Shown: positions 9,359-19,184, numbered from the stretch's first letter. The stretch: DNA of 45,854 nucleotides from Faecousia sp. (GCA_045658625.1 JAZOVI010000005.1:1-45854), one strand, 5' to 3'. Numbers and translations are program-made. The notes: generated from the sequence alone by a model not told the origin.

Positions 9359-10681
9359 ATGAAAAGAAATTTCATTAAAATAGCAGCGGGGCTGATGCTC
9401 ATCTTTGCGCTCGTCCTGCTGGTTACGCAAATCCTGCCCGCATCGGTTTCTGCGAAACAGCAGAGCAGCGCGGAAATCAAGCAGGAAATTGATAAAATGG
9501 AGCAGGAGCAGGTAGCCCTGGAGGAATCCCTCAAGGAACTAGAAAAGCTCCAGTCTGCCAACCGGGAAAGCCTGGAGCAGATGATTGCGCAGAAGGATGT
9601 TATTGACCAGCAGGTTTCTGTGCTTAACACACAGATTAATAATATCAATGAACGGATCGCTGCCCAAACCCTGCTGATCGCCAATAAGCAGCTGGAGCTG
9701 GAGCAGTCTCGCGCTGACCTGGCTTTTATGCGTCAGCAGTATAAAAAGCGGATTCGGGCTATGGAAGAAGGCGGTACGGTTTCTTACTGGGCGGTGCTCT
9801 TTGAAGCCAGCAGCTTTTCTGACCTTTTGGACCGCATCAATATGATCCAGGAGATTGCCGAGGCAGATACCAAGCGAATTGAAGCCCTGGATAAGGCCAC
9901 CCAGGAGGTGGAAGCGGCAAAGCTTGCTTTGGACGCGGAAAAGCGGAACCTGGACAAAAATAAGGAAGAAATGGAAGGCAAGCAGGTCCAGCTTGCCAAA
10001 AAGCAGGAAGAGGCTTCTGCCATTTTGCAGGAATTGCTTGCCAAGGGCGAGGAATATGAAAAGCTTGTAGAGCAGACTGAAGAACAAAAGGCAGAACTGC
10101 AGGAAGCTTTGGAGGATATGGAACTGAAGCTCTCCGAGGCGGAGAAACGGGAGTACGAAGAGTGGCTACGTCAGCAGGAAGCCCTCAACGGCACCTCAAG
10201 ACCTACCCATGAGAAGGATGGCATTAAATGGGCAGAGCCTTGTGATTACGGTAGAGTCAGCTCTGCCTTTGGTTACCGTTACCATCCGGTTACCGGAAAA
10301 TGGCAGGGACATACCGGCGTAGACCTGACCCGCCCCAACTGGGCGATTAATACCGGCGAGAAAGTACCCATTTATGCCACTCGCTCCGGTGTTGTAGTAT
10401 ATGCCGGCTGGGATACCAGTGGCGGTGGTGGCAACTATGTTTCCATCGACCATTTGGATGACTACAAGTCTCAGTATATGCACTTGGACAGCATCGTTGT
10501 CAAAAAAGGCGAGGCGGTAACCATTGGTCAGTTGATTGGCTATATGGGCAATACCGGTGTAGGTACGGGCATCCACCTCCACTTTGTTATCCGGCATTAT
10601 GAGCGTTACGAGAAGACACCGGGTAACTGGGTATGGGGCTGGAAGCACGTAAACCCCGCAGAGTACATTAAATTTAAGTAA
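9359..10681 (+). CDS. coiled-coil + M23 peptidoglycan endopeptidase (EnvC/CwlO-like FtsEX partner)
   Basis: Signal peptide, long coiled coil with SSFSDLLDRI, M23 motifs HTGVD and HLHF. Confidence 0.88.
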   Translation: MKRNFIKIAAGLMLIFALVLLVTQILPASVSAKQQSSAEIKQEIDKMEQEQVALEESLKELEKLQSANRESLEQMIAQKDVIDQQVSVLNTQINNINERIAAQTLLIANKQLELEQSRADLAFMRQQYKKRIRAMEEGGTVSYWAVLFEASSFSDLLDRINMIQEIAEADTKRIEALDKATQEVEAAKLALDAEKRNLDKNKEEMEGKQVQLAKKQEEASAILQELLAKGEEYEKLVEQTEEQKAELQEALEDMELKLSEAEKREYEEWLRQQEALNGTSRPTHEKDGIKWAEPCDYGRVSSAFGYRYHPVTGKWQGHTGVDLTRPNWAINTGEKVPIYATRSGVVVYAGWDTSGGGGNYVSIDHLDDYKSQYMHLDSIVVKKGEAVTIGQLIGYMGNTGVGTGIHLHFVIRHYERYEKTPGNWVWGWKHVNPAEYIKFK

Positions 10682-10742
10682 TAAAATTCCCACAGCTCCT
10701 TTTGGGGCTGTGGGTACACTAACGATTGGGGGCAATTTCAAA

Positions 10743-11369
10743 ATGCATACCAGGAAAGAAAAGTGCGGGGCGTTTTCCCGGCGCAGTACATATTTTCTGC
10801 TTCTGCTGATTTTGGTGGGAATGCTGAGTTTTACCGGCTGCGATCCTATGGAAAGCGATCTTATGAAAGACCCCAACTTTACAGGTCTGTTGAGCTACTT
10901 TGGCTATACCCCCTGGACAGAGCCGTCCGGAAAAGAAGTGGTTTGGCTTTTGCCCTGCACATATACCAGAATTACCAGCCGTTTTGGTAATCGCGAGCAT
11001 CCTGTGGACGGGGAGGAAAAGGCCCACGAGGGAATTGATCTGGCAGCCAAAGAGGGAACGAAAATCTATGCCTCCAGGGCGGGTACAGTAGTATATGCCG
11101 ATTGGGGCGGCAGTAGCGGCATATATGTGTCCATAGACCACGGAGACGGATATAAATCCCAATATATGCATATGACAGATAAGATGGAACTTGTGGTGAA
11201 AAAGGGTCAGTATGTGGAGCAAGGCGACCTTATTGGCTATGTAGGCGAAACAGGCAAGGTCACCGGTCCCCATCTGCATTTTGTAATCAAGAAATACAAT
11301 GAAGGAATCAAAGATTGGGAGCCTGTAGACCCTGAGCTATATTTGCATTTTCCCAGCGAGAACAAATGA
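10743..11369 (+). CDS. M23 family peptidase, probable lipoprotein (start uncertain)
   Basis: Hydrophobic stretch ending FTGC; HEGID, YMHM, GPHLHF. Confidence 0.82.
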   Translation: MHTRKEKCGAFSRRSTYFLLLLILVGMLSFTGCDPMESDLMKDPNFTGLLSYFGYTPWTEPSGKEVVWLLPCTYTRITSRFGNREHPVDGEEKAHEGIDLAAKEGTKIYASRAGTVVYADWGGSSGIYVSIDHGDGYKSQYMHMTDKMELVVKKGQYVEQGDLIGYVGETGKVTGPHLHFVIKKYNEGIKDWEPVDPELYLHFPSENK

Positions 11370-11381
11370 GGTAATTAAACT

Positions 11382-12590
11382 ATGACAAAAAAGGAAAAAA
11401 TCATAAAAGAGCTAGTATCAGCTATATCCTATATTTCGGTGGCGGCGCTGGCGGTGGTTATTACTTTGGCGCTGACCAAGATACCCCAGTATGGGTCTGT
11501 GAATATTCCTGAGGGAACAGGCAAGCTGGATTATCTGAGAGCGCTGTTGGAAACCTACTATATTGACATTGACGATGTGGATATGGGAAAGGTTGAGGAT
11601 GCGGCTGCCGGCGCAATGGTGGATGCTTTGGGAGATCGGTGGAGCTACTATGTTTCCGCGGAAGAATTTGCCGATGTAAAGGAGCAGAGCGCTAACAGCT
11701 ATGTGGGTATTGGCGTTACGGTCCAAGTCCGTGAGGACGGGCAGGGCTTTGATGTTACCCAGGTTGAACCGGGTGGAAGCGCCCAGGCAGGCGGCATTGT
11801 ACCGGGCGATGTGCTCATCGGCGCAGAGGGTACAAGTTTTATTGACGCGGATATTAACGAAGCCAGCAAGATTATCAAGGGCAAGGCAGGTACTAAGGTT
11901 ACGGTTACTGTGATCCGGGATGGGGAGGAAATGACCTTTGAACTTACCCGGCAGGTGATTCAGACGCAGGTTGCCAAAGGAGAGATGCTTCCCGGTAATA
12001 TCGGTCTTGTAACAATTAACAACTTTAACGACCGTTGCTACTTGGAGAGCAAGGCGGCTATCGAGACTCTTATTAAGCAGGGGGCCACCTCTCTTATTTT
12101 CGATGTACGGAATAACCCCGGCGGCTATAAGCACGAGCTGGTAGACCTGTTGGATTATTTGCTGCCTAAGGGCGATTTGTTCCACAGTGAGGATTACAGC
12201 GGGCAAAAAGATACCGATACTTCCGATGCCAAGTGCCTGGAAATGCCTATGGCGGTGCTGATTAACGGCAACAGCTACTCTGCTGCAGAATTCTTTGCCG
12301 CAGCGCTGAATGAATATGACTGGGCGACTATTGTGGGTGATCCCACCAGCGGTAAGGGTAACTTCCAGTATACCTTCGAACTGCCGGATGGCTCCGGTGT
12401 TGGCCTGTCTGTGGGTAAGTATTACACCCCCCACGGCGTGAGCCTTGCCGACCAAGGCGGTCTTCAGCCGGAGGTACTGGTAGAGGTCAGTGACGAGCTG
12501 GCAGCGAAAATCTATGCCGATCTTGTGCCTTATGAGGAAGATCCCCAGATCCAAGCAGCGGTAAAAGCGCTGACTGCGGGTACAAAATAA
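11382..12590 (+). CDS. S41 carboxy-terminal processing protease (CtpA/Prc-like)
   Basis: PDZ GIGV; DVRNNPGG; SYSAAEFF (catalytic Ser); SGKG (Lys). Confidence 0.9.
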   Translation: MTKKEKIIKELVSAISYISVAALAVVITLALTKIPQYGSVNIPEGTGKLDYLRALLETYYIDIDDVDMGKVEDAAAGAMVDALGDRWSYYVSAEEFADVKEQSANSYVGIGVTVQVREDGQGFDVTQVEPGGSAQAGGIVPGDVLIGAEGTSFIDADINEASKIIKGKAGTKVTVTVIRDGEEMTFELTRQVIQTQVAKGEMLPGNIGLVTINNFNDRCYLESKAAIETLIKQGATSLIFDVRNNPGGYKHELVDLLDYLLPKGDLFHSEDYSGQKDTDTSDAKCLEMPMAVLINGNSYSAAEFFAAALNEYDWATIVGDPTSGKGNFQYTFELPDGSGVGLSVGKYYTPHGVSLADQGGLQPEVLVEVSDELAAKIYADLVPYEEDPQIQAAVKALTAGTK

Positions 12591-12630
12591 AGAAAAAAGG
12601 GCTAAATCTCCCGGAAAATACAGTTTTTTA

Positions 12631-12659
12631 TTGACTGTAGGGAAAAAGTCCAGTATAAT
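12631..12659 (+). promoter_or_regulatory. sigma-A promoter of greA-lysS
   Basis: TTGACT-17 bp-TATAAT. Confidence 0.7.
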
Positions 12660-12696
12660 AACTTGCGATAATTTTGAAACGGAAAGAGGTTTCACT

Positions 12697-13173
12697 ATGG
12701 CTAAGGAATATAAGATTACCGCGCTGCGTCTTGCAGACTTGGAAAAGGAACTGGGTTATTTGAAGACAACCCGGGAGCGGGAAATTGCTGCTATGATCGC
12801 AGAAGCCCGTTCTTACGGCGACTTGTCCGAAAACTCCGAGTACGATGCCGCTAAGAATGAGCAGGCTAAGCTCTATGGACGTATTGCCGAGATTGAGGAC
12901 GTACTGTCCCACGCCGTCATTATCGAGGACGAAAACGAGCTCAACGGCCGCGTCGGTCTGGGCTGCACCGTTGTTGTCGAGGACGAAAATGGTGTGCGGA
13001 AGACCTACCGTATTACCGGCTCTCAGGAAGCTGACCCTATGAATGGCAAGCTGTCTGACGACTCTCCCTTCGGTCGCGCTGTTGTTGGCAAGAGCGAAGG
13101 CGACAAGTTCATTGTTAACGCACCTCTGGGCGCTTATGAGATGAAGGTCATCTCCGTTACTCGCGAGGGCTAA
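12697..13173 (+). CDS. greA: transcription elongation factor GreA
   Basis: ARSYGDLSENSEYDAAK, SDDSPFG. Confidence 0.96.
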   Translation: MAKEYKITALRLADLEKELGYLKTTREREIAAMIAEARSYGDLSENSEYDAAKNEQAKLYGRIAEIEDVLSHAVIIEDENELNGRVGLGCTVVVEDENGVRKTYRITGSQEADPMNGKLSDDSPFGRAVVGKSEGDKFIVNAPLGAYEMKVISVTREG

Positions 13174-13176
13174 GCT

Positions 13177-14670
13177 ATGGCAAAGTTTGTACCTCAGGCA
13201 GAAATGCCCCTGAGCGATCAGGTGCAGGTTCGCCACGATAAGCTGGCTGCCCTGCGGGCTGAGGGTCGTGATCCCTTCCTGCAGACAAAGTATGATTTTA
13301 ACGCCGATTCTGCTGCTATTAAGGCCGATTACGAAGGCTTTGAGGGCAAGATCGTCAAGGTTGCCGGCCGCCTGATGAGCAAGCGTGGCCAGGGTAAGGT
13401 AATGTTCTGCGATCTGCAGGATGCTACCGGCCGCATCCAGTTGTTCGTCAAGATTGACGAGCTGGGTGAGGAGGAATACGCCCGCTTTAAGAAGTATGAC
13501 ATCGGCGATATCGTCGGTGTGGAGGGCGAGGTCTTTAAGACCAAGACCGAGGAAATTTCCGTCCGGGCTAAGAATGTTACGCTGCTTTCTAAGTCTCTGC
13601 TGCCCCTGCCCGAGAAGTTCCACGGTCTGACCGATAAGGAAATTCGTTTCCGTCAGCGCTATGTTGACCTGATGGTCAACCCCGAGGTCAAGCGCAATTT
13701 CGTTATCCGCTCCCAGTTCATTAAGTATATGCGTAAGTACCTGGATGACCGGAACTATATCGAGGTAGAGACCCCGGTGCTGAACACCATCGCTGGCGGC
13801 GCATCTGCTCGTCCTTTCATTACCCACCACAATACCTTGGACATTGATATGTTTATGCGTATTGCCACTGAGCTGCCCCTGAAGCGGCTGATCATCGGTG
13901 GTATGGATCGGGTATACGAAATTGGCCGCATTTTCCGGAACGAGGGCATGGACCCCAAGCATAACCCCGAGTTTACCTCCGTGGAGCTTTACCAGGCTTA
14001 CGCGGATTTCCACGATATGATGGACATTGCCGAGGGCATCATCTCCGGCGCAGCCCAGGAAATTCTGGGTACTTACGAGGTTGAGTGGATGGGCGAGAAG
14101 ATCGACCTGACTCCCGGCTGGCGGAGACTTTCTATGGTGGACGCCGTTAAGGAGTACTTGGGTATCGACTTTGGTGCTATTACCGATGATGCTGAGGCTG
14201 TTGCCGCCGCTGAGGCTAAGGGCGTAGAACTGGCTGAAGCTGCAGAAAAGACCTGGGGTAACGCCCTGTACGCCTGCTTCGATCAGAGAGTCGAAGAGCA
14301 CCTCATTCAGCCTACCTTTATTACAATGTATCCCGTTGAGGTTTCTCCCTTGACTAAGAGAAGCCCCATTGATCCCCGGCTGACAGAGCGGTTTGAGCTG
14401 TTCATCTGCCACAGTGAGCTTGCCAACGCCTACTCCGAGCTGAACGATCCTATGGATCAGAGAGACCGCTTCCAGAAGCAGGTTGAGCAGCGGGAGCGTG
14501 GCGACGACGAGACCGAAATGCTGGACGAGGACTTCCTCAATGCTATGGAGTACGGTATGCCTCCCACGGGCGGTATGGGTATGGGCATTGACCGCTGTGT
14601 TATGCTGCTGACCGGCACCGACACCATCCGGGAAGTTATCCTGTTCCCCACGATGAAACCCTTGGATTGA
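13177..14670 (+). CDS. lysS: lysine--tRNA ligase (class II)
   Basis: RQRYVDL, GGASARPF, FRNEGMDPKHNPEF, YGMPPTGGMGMGIDR, ends LFPTMKPLD. Confidence 0.98.
   Translation: MAKFVPQAEMPLSDQVQVRHDKLAALRAEGRDPFLQTKYDFNADSAAIKADYEGFEGKIVKVAGRLMSKRGQGKVMFCDLQDATGRIQLFVKIDELGEEEYARFKKYDIGDIVGVEGEVFKTKTEEISVRAKNVTLLSKSLLPLPEKFHGLTDKEIRFRQRYVDLMVNPEVKRNFVIRSQFIKYMRKYLDDRNYIEVETPVLNTIAGGASARPFITHHNTLDIDMFMRIATELPLKRLIIGGMDRVYEIGRIFRNEGMDPKHNPEFTSVELYQAYADFHDMMDIAEGIISGAAQEILGTYEVEWMGEKIDLTPGWRRLSMVDAVKEYLGIDFGAITDDAEAVAAAEAKGVELAEAAEKTWGNALYACFDQRVEEHLIQPTFITMYPVEVSPLTKRSPIDPRLTERFELFICHSELANAYSELNDPMDQRDRFQKQVEQRERGDDETEMLDEDFLNAMEYGMPPTGGMGMGIDRCVMLLTGTDTIREVILFPTMKPLD
14641..14670 (+). repeat. attL, lysS 3' end copy 1
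   Basis: CTGTTCCCCACGATGAAACCCTTGGATTGA (LFPTMKPLD*). Confidence 0.85.
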
Positions 14671-14736
14671 AAAACCCTCGAAAAACCGCCTAAAACCCCT
14701 ATTTTTGGGCGTTTTTGAGCGACCGAAGGGCTTTGG

Positions 14737-14763
14737 TTGACCAATTTACCAATTATTTACCAA
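14737..14763 (+). repeat. putative integrase arm-type sites, left end
   Basis: TTGACCAA, TTTACCAA, TTTACCAA; same motif at 42374-42411. Confidence 0.75.
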
Positions 14764-14772
14764 AAATACAGA

Positions 14773-14806
14773 AGAAAGTGCTGTCTTACGATGGCACTTT
14801 CTTTTT
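14773..14806 (+). terminator. element-borne terminator downstream of lysS
   Basis: AGAAAGTGCTGTC-TTAC-GATGGCACTTTCT followed by T tract. Confidence 0.8.
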
Positions 14807-14845
14807 CTAATTGCAATGTTACAATAAATAAAAGGTGGTGCAATT

Positions 14846-15610
14846 ATGAATTATTATTTTCCTTTTGGACAGGAACTGCACCCGTTAGTGCAGGAAGATA
14901 AGTCCCCTAAAAAAGTATTTGTTCTTGGTGTTTATGCAAGTGCTGTACACGCACGCTGGAAGAAAGACGGACAAATTATATGCCAAGCATTAGCAGTGGC
15001 AAGTGAACCAAGAATATTTTGGGACGGCAATCCTGAAGAGGCAAGGGCAATTATTGATGCAATCGCTATACCTAAAGAACTTGGCATTTTAGAGCCTGCT
15101 GGCAGACAACTGAACGGGCCCTCCGCAAAAGTTTTGGACGAAAACATTCTCGCTCCTCTTGGATATACCAGGCAAGATGCATGGCTTTGCGATTGCCTTC
15201 CCGAAACACGGCTTAACCCAAGTCAAGTAAAAGCGTTAAAAGATAAATATAATCCCTTGATTAAGGAATACAACCTAAATCCTGTTACTATCCCGGTTCG
15301 TCCCAGTTCTTTCTGCGATAAAGCAAGAAGTGCTGCGATTACGGAAGAATTACTGCAATCACAAGCAGAATTACTGGTACTGTTGGGAGATATCCCAATT
15401 GCCCAATATCTTAAAAAGGTAGCAGAAGTCCCTTATTCCACACTTGGTGAATATGTTGAGCTATATGGCTACGGAAATCGGACGGCGGTAAGTATTCATG
15501 GAAAAACCATTCAAGTACTACCACTTGCACATCCTCGGCAAATTGGAGCATTGGGTGCCCACAGCGAAAAATGGTTCTTAATGCACCAAAACTGGGAACA
15601 GAATATGTAG
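14846..15610 (+). CDS. uracil-DNA glycosylase superfamily-like protein
   Basis: KVFVLGVY, NGPSAKVLD..LAPLG, EELLQSQAELLVLLGD and VLPLAHPRQ resemble UDG family 4-like motif spacing. Confidence 0.6.
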   Translation: MNYYFPFGQELHPLVQEDKSPKKVFVLGVYASAVHARWKKDGQIICQALAVASEPRIFWDGNPEEARAIIDAIAIPKELGILEPAGRQLNGPSAKVLDENILAPLGYTRQDAWLCDCLPETRLNPSQVKALKDKYNPLIKEYNLNPVTIPVRPSSFCDKARSAAITEELLQSQAELLVLLGDIPIAQYLKKVAEVPYSTLGEYVELYGYGNRTAVSIHGKTIQVLPLAHPRQIGALGAHSEKWFLMHQNWEQNM

Positions 15611-15641
15611 CCTCGAATTTAGAAAATACGAATTTGTTGAA

Positions 15642-15673
15642 CAGAGCGGGACTTATGTGTCCCGCTTTTTCTT
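15642..15673 (+). terminator. intrinsic terminator
   Basis: AGAGCGGGAC-TTATGT-GTCCCGCTTTTT. Confidence 0.7.
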
Positions 15674-15735
15674 TTGGATATGAAAATCCCCCGGCGGCGG
15701 GTGCCGTCGAGGGAAGAAGTCAGTCGATAAGGTCC

Positions 15736-16881
15736 TCAAATTTTGTCAATGAACCAATCTGGGTTTTCTGTATGGACAGGTATTATCTCTGTGGGATTAA
15801 CACATTTTATCAGTTTTTCGATAGTCGTGTGGTCTGCATGTCCGCTTGTATGTATATTGATTGTCCGCAGACCCATATTTTCACAGGCTTCGATAAATTC
15901 AGCCATTTCCGGCTTCTTTTTATATCCATTCCACATAGAATAGACAAGCAAACCGTTTTCAAAACTCATAAGTTGATTTAAACCTTCTAAATAGCGAAGC
16001 ATTGAGTTTCGGATGCACATAACAAATTGAGAGTTTGCGATTTGCGCCTTTCCAATGCGACGGTATTTTTTTAATGCTTCATGTCGGAGTGGATTGGTTA
16101 TAAACGCGTACACATCATCAAACTGAGGATTGGGGATGCTGTTTCCTGCTGCTGTTGATACCTCAGCCATATACAGCTCTTGGAGAAAGATACGCCCGCT
16201 TCTTTTGGCGGAGCGATACATCGTTACGATGCGGTCGATGTTGGTGGAAGATTGTAAAACGAAGATGGGACCGTTTGTATTTCTAAACTGTTTTACAGCT
16301 TCTTCTTCAAGTTCTGCTTCTGTAAGAGCTTTGCTTGCACCTCGTGACAAAGTTGTTCCCTCGCAAATGAGCTTATCCACCTTGTTCGGCAGTGATTGAA
16401 GAAGACTACCGAAAGATTTTCTGCCATTAGCACGAAAATCACCAGTGTAAAGAATACGCTCGCCATCTGCCTCACATAGAAGCATATAGCTGTCGAATGC
16501 CGAATGGTCGCAAAGATAGGGTGTAACTGCAATATCACCAACGATAATGGGGGTTTTGTTTTTCAAAAATCCAGAAGGGTGGATGCTTTTAATGCCTTTA
16601 TAGCTATCAGCTGATTTGGTAATTCGGTAGCTGGCTTCGCCTATGTAAATAGGGATTTGCTTATCCATGTAATATGCAAGACCAAGGTGGTCACCGTGAT
16701 AGTGTGAGATAAATACAGCATCAAAAGTGGCATTACTAAACAGACCATCCACATTGGGAAGTTGCATATTTTCGTCATCAAGTTCCAAACCTACATCCAA
16801 TAGTATGCGGGTGCGTTCAGTGGCTATTTCAATAATGTTACCACCAATTTGATTTTGTCCACGAATCACATTAACTCTCAT
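15736..16881 (-). CDS. MBL/beta-CASP nuclease (RNase J-like, no C-terminal domain)
   Basis: SHYHGDH, DHSAFDS, YTGDFR, CEGTT, HTSGHAD, IPVHTE. Confidence 0.85.
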   Translation of the reverse strand: MRVNVIRGQNQIGGNIIEIATERTRILLDVGLELDDENMQLPNVDGLFSNATFDAVFISHYHGDHLGLAYYMDKQIPIYIGEASYRITKSADSYKGIKSIHPSGFLKNKTPIIVGDIAVTPYLCDHSAFDSYMLLCEADGERILYTGDFRANGRKSFGSLLQSLPNKVDKLICEGTTLSRGASKALTEAELEEEAVKQFRNTNGPIFVLQSSTNIDRIVTMYRSAKRSGRIFLQELYMAEVSTAAGNSIPNPQFDDVYAFITNPLRHEALKKYRRIGKAQIANSQFVMCIRNSMLRYLEGLNQLMSFENGLLVYSMWNGYKKKPEMAEFIEACENMGLRTINIHTSGHADHTTIEKLIKCVNPTEIIPVHTENPDWFIDKI

Positions 16882-17134
16882 GTTCGTTCTGTTTTACTCC
16901 ATATTTTTTCTCTGCACTTAGTCTGGCGTGACACATAGCACAATATCTTTTTCCCTCAAAGCGATGAAGCCCGCCTTTTGTCCCGCACTTTTCGCAAATG
17001 CCATACCAGTTGTTCGATACAGATGTCGTTGTAGTTTGGGACTTTGATTTGGGACGTAATAGACGGATAATTGCGGTCACTATAAATTTGAAAACCGTAG
17101 CTATAGCGTAGATTAAAAGAAGTATCTTAGTCAT
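16871..17134 (-). CDS. small membrane-anchored Zn-finger protein
   Basis: N-terminal TM; CEKC...CAMC; overlaps both neighbours, suggesting translational coupling. Confidence 0.7.
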   Translation of the reverse strand: MTKILLLIYAIATVFKFIVTAIIRLLRPKSKSQTTTTSVSNNWYGICEKCGTKGGLHRFEGKRYCAMCHARLSAEKKYGVKQNEHES

Positions 17135-17781
17135 TTCTTACACCGTGCGACATAAAGAAGCAGAATCTTATCAATAACAGCTGCCAATTTTCTGGCAGAT
17201 GCATCACTCTTAAGAGGTTCTTTGAAGGACAGGGTAAAAGAGTCCTTACTACCAGTAAATTTCGCAATGCTGTCAAAACTGTGTGCAACTGTCTTAGCGA
17301 TATCCAGGGCAATTTCCTTCAAATCATTTTCGTGGGCGTCGGGCGTCCTGCCAAAAAATACGGTTTTGGATACTTTGAATGTAATGCTGTTATCATTTTC
17401 GGAGAACACAAAGAATCTGTGGTAGGTACCTTCCTTTTCACCATACAGGCATGCAAGGTTATCTGCGATGAGGAACTCGATTTTCTCGGATTCAACCTGC
17501 TTGATGATGGGACTATATTTCTCGACAATCGGCTCCATTTCATCCTGGAAGACAGAAGTAAACCCCCGCTGCTTTTTTGGGAAAAGTTTCTTCAAGGCGA
17601 CAAGCAAGACCATAACAACAATCAGTGTGCCAGAAATATCTTTGATTGCTGCCATAACGGTCGCTGCGGAAATGCCGTTAAAAACCATTTCGAGGATTGC
17701 TGAAACAATTGCGACTGCTCCAAGTATGCCGCCGCCCACTTTTTCAAAGTAATCATATTCGTTAAAATCTATCTTTTTCAT
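17131..17781 (-). CDS. hypothetical protein with two N-terminal TM helices
   Basis: GGAGG RBS; two hydrophobic segments, then a soluble domain. Confidence 0.75.
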   Translation of the reverse strand: MKKIDFNEYDYFEKVGGGILGAVAIVSAILEMVFNGISAATVMAAIKDISGTLIVVMVLLVALKKLFPKKQRGFTSVFQDEMEPIVEKYSPIIKQVESEKIEFLIADNLACLYGEKEGTYHRFFVFSENDNSITFKVSKTVFFGRTPDAHENDLKEIALDIAKTVAHSFDSIAKFTGSKDSFTLSFKEPLKSDASARKLAAVIDKILLLYVARCKK

Positions 17782-17795
17782 TTTCTGCCTCCAGC

Positions 17796-18470
17796 TTATA
17801 TATTACCAAGGGGTTCGTCTATTACATTATGGATGGAAAAAGTGTCTTTGTCAAAGGTTATGTAGAGTATTTCAAGTCCGGTTCGTTCTTTGATTTGAAG
17901 AAAATCCTCATTGTCTTTATATTTTAGATAATCGATTAACTGCTTAGATGGTGTTCCATCGGTGGTTGTTTTGAAAAAACAAATAGCAGGAGAGTAAGAA
18001 GTTCCAACTGTGTAGGTAAGGATTTCAGCTATCATCCGTACAATAGTTTCCGAACTGTTTGGAGGCTTCACTTCTGTAGCTATCAAACGATTATCCTTTT
18101 TTAATAGCCAATCGATTCCCCCAAGCTGCTCCATAGCAAACTCTGTGGGCACTTCGTAATCAATGATTTCGTATTTGCCGAGATTCTTCTTTTTGAATTT
18201 GAAATTGCACGTAGAGCAATCTTGATTCCGGTCTGCTTTGTTGAAATAACTCCAACAACGGCATATTCTTTTTTCAGTCACACGTTCTTGCGATGTGGTT
18301 TCAGTCATTGCGCACGCAAGATGTTGGTCATCGTGGCAATATCTTTTTCTTGGATGGGGGAGAAGTGCCTCATCATAGTTGCTTTCTGCGATGATTTGTG
18401 CAAGCTCACGCAATTTCTTTGGAATCGCAGAGCGATGATTTATTCCATAGGAATCTTTGTAGAATGTCAT
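17796..18470 (-). CDS. hypothetical protein, putative PD-(D/E)XK nuclease
   Basis: IDYEVP...GGIDWLL...IATEVKP...RMIAEILTY pattern; Cys/His-rich N-terminal half. Confidence 0.6.
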   Translation of the reverse strand: MTFYKDSYGINHRSAIPKKLRELAQIIAESNYDEALLPHPRKRYCHDDQHLACAMTETTSQERVTEKRICRCWSYFNKADRNQDCSTCNFKFKKKNLGKYEIIDYEVPTEFAMEQLGGIDWLLKKDNRLIATEVKPPNSSETIVRMIAEILTYTVGTSYSPAICFFKTTTDGTPSKQLIDYLKYKDNEDFLQIKERTGLEILYITFDKDTFSIHNVIDEPLGNI

Positions 18471-18542
18471 ACCATGCTCCTTGTCAGCGTTTTATATCCG
18501 CATAGGTAGGCGAAATAACCAAACAATATGAATGCTTTTCGT

Positions 18543-19184
18543 TTAATCAATCAAGTCTTCAATTTCACAGCCGAGGGCTTTTGCCAAGCTGATAACCACA
18601 CCCGCCTGGGCTTTGCTCAGGTCATTTTGCTTTTGCTCATAGAGCTGCACCATGCGCAAGGCAACACCGGAGGCGTCGCTGAGCTGCTGCTGGGTAAAGC
18701 CGCGAGCTTTCCGGATGGTATGCAGCCTGGACTTTCGGGCTTCTTTGTTGCGCCGGATGATGGCATCGGCGGATTCCACGAACTTAGAATTGTCAGCTTC
18801 GTGGTGGATATACATAGAGAAGACGGTGGAGAGGGTCAGTCCATCTGCAACGATATCCTCGAACCGTCTGCCGCTCTGCCACTGGTAGTAGGCAAAAATC
18901 CAGCCGGCCCAATATTCCCGTCCCTTGAAATCCGGGTGAGAGGGAGCAATACCAGGGAGCGCAACGTTGGTTGCCTTCAGAACCGCTTCTGCCAACTCGA
19001 AGCCGGACATGCCGGTAATGTATTTGGGATTGCCTTTTTCAAACTTGGATGCGACACCGGAGGAAATGAACCAACCGAAGAATTCGTCCGGGTCATAGCC
19101 GCAATCGCACACAGCATACTCGACCATGTCGCCGAGATTCTGCATGGCATCATCCAAGTACGACTCGTTGTAAGCGCTCATCAT
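18543..19184 (-). CDS. protein with C-terminal Xre HTH, partner of DUF3990
   Basis: LHTIRKARGFTQQQLSDASGVALRMVQLYEQ; overlaps the DUF3990 gene. Confidence 0.82.
   Translation of the reverse strand: MMSAYNESYLDDAMQNLGDMVEYAVCDCGYDPDEFFGWFISSGVASKFEKGNPKYITGMSGFELAEAVLKATNVALPGIAPSHPDFKGREYWAGWIFAYYQWQSGRRFEDIVADGLTLSTVFSMYIHHEADNSKFVESADAIIRRNKEARKSRLHTIRKARGFTQQQLSDASGVALRMVQLYEQKQNDLSKAQAGVVISLAKALGCEIEDLID

Noticed and set aside
11418-12695. 425 aa minus-strand ORF
   Set aside because: Antisense shadow of the S41 protease
12628-14412. 594 aa minus-strand ORF
   Set aside because: Antisense shadow of greA-lysS caused by codon bias
15736-16881. Housekeeping rnj or beta-lactamase
   Set aside because: Only 381 aa, lacks the RNase J C-terminal domain, has beta-CASP motifs and no signal peptide
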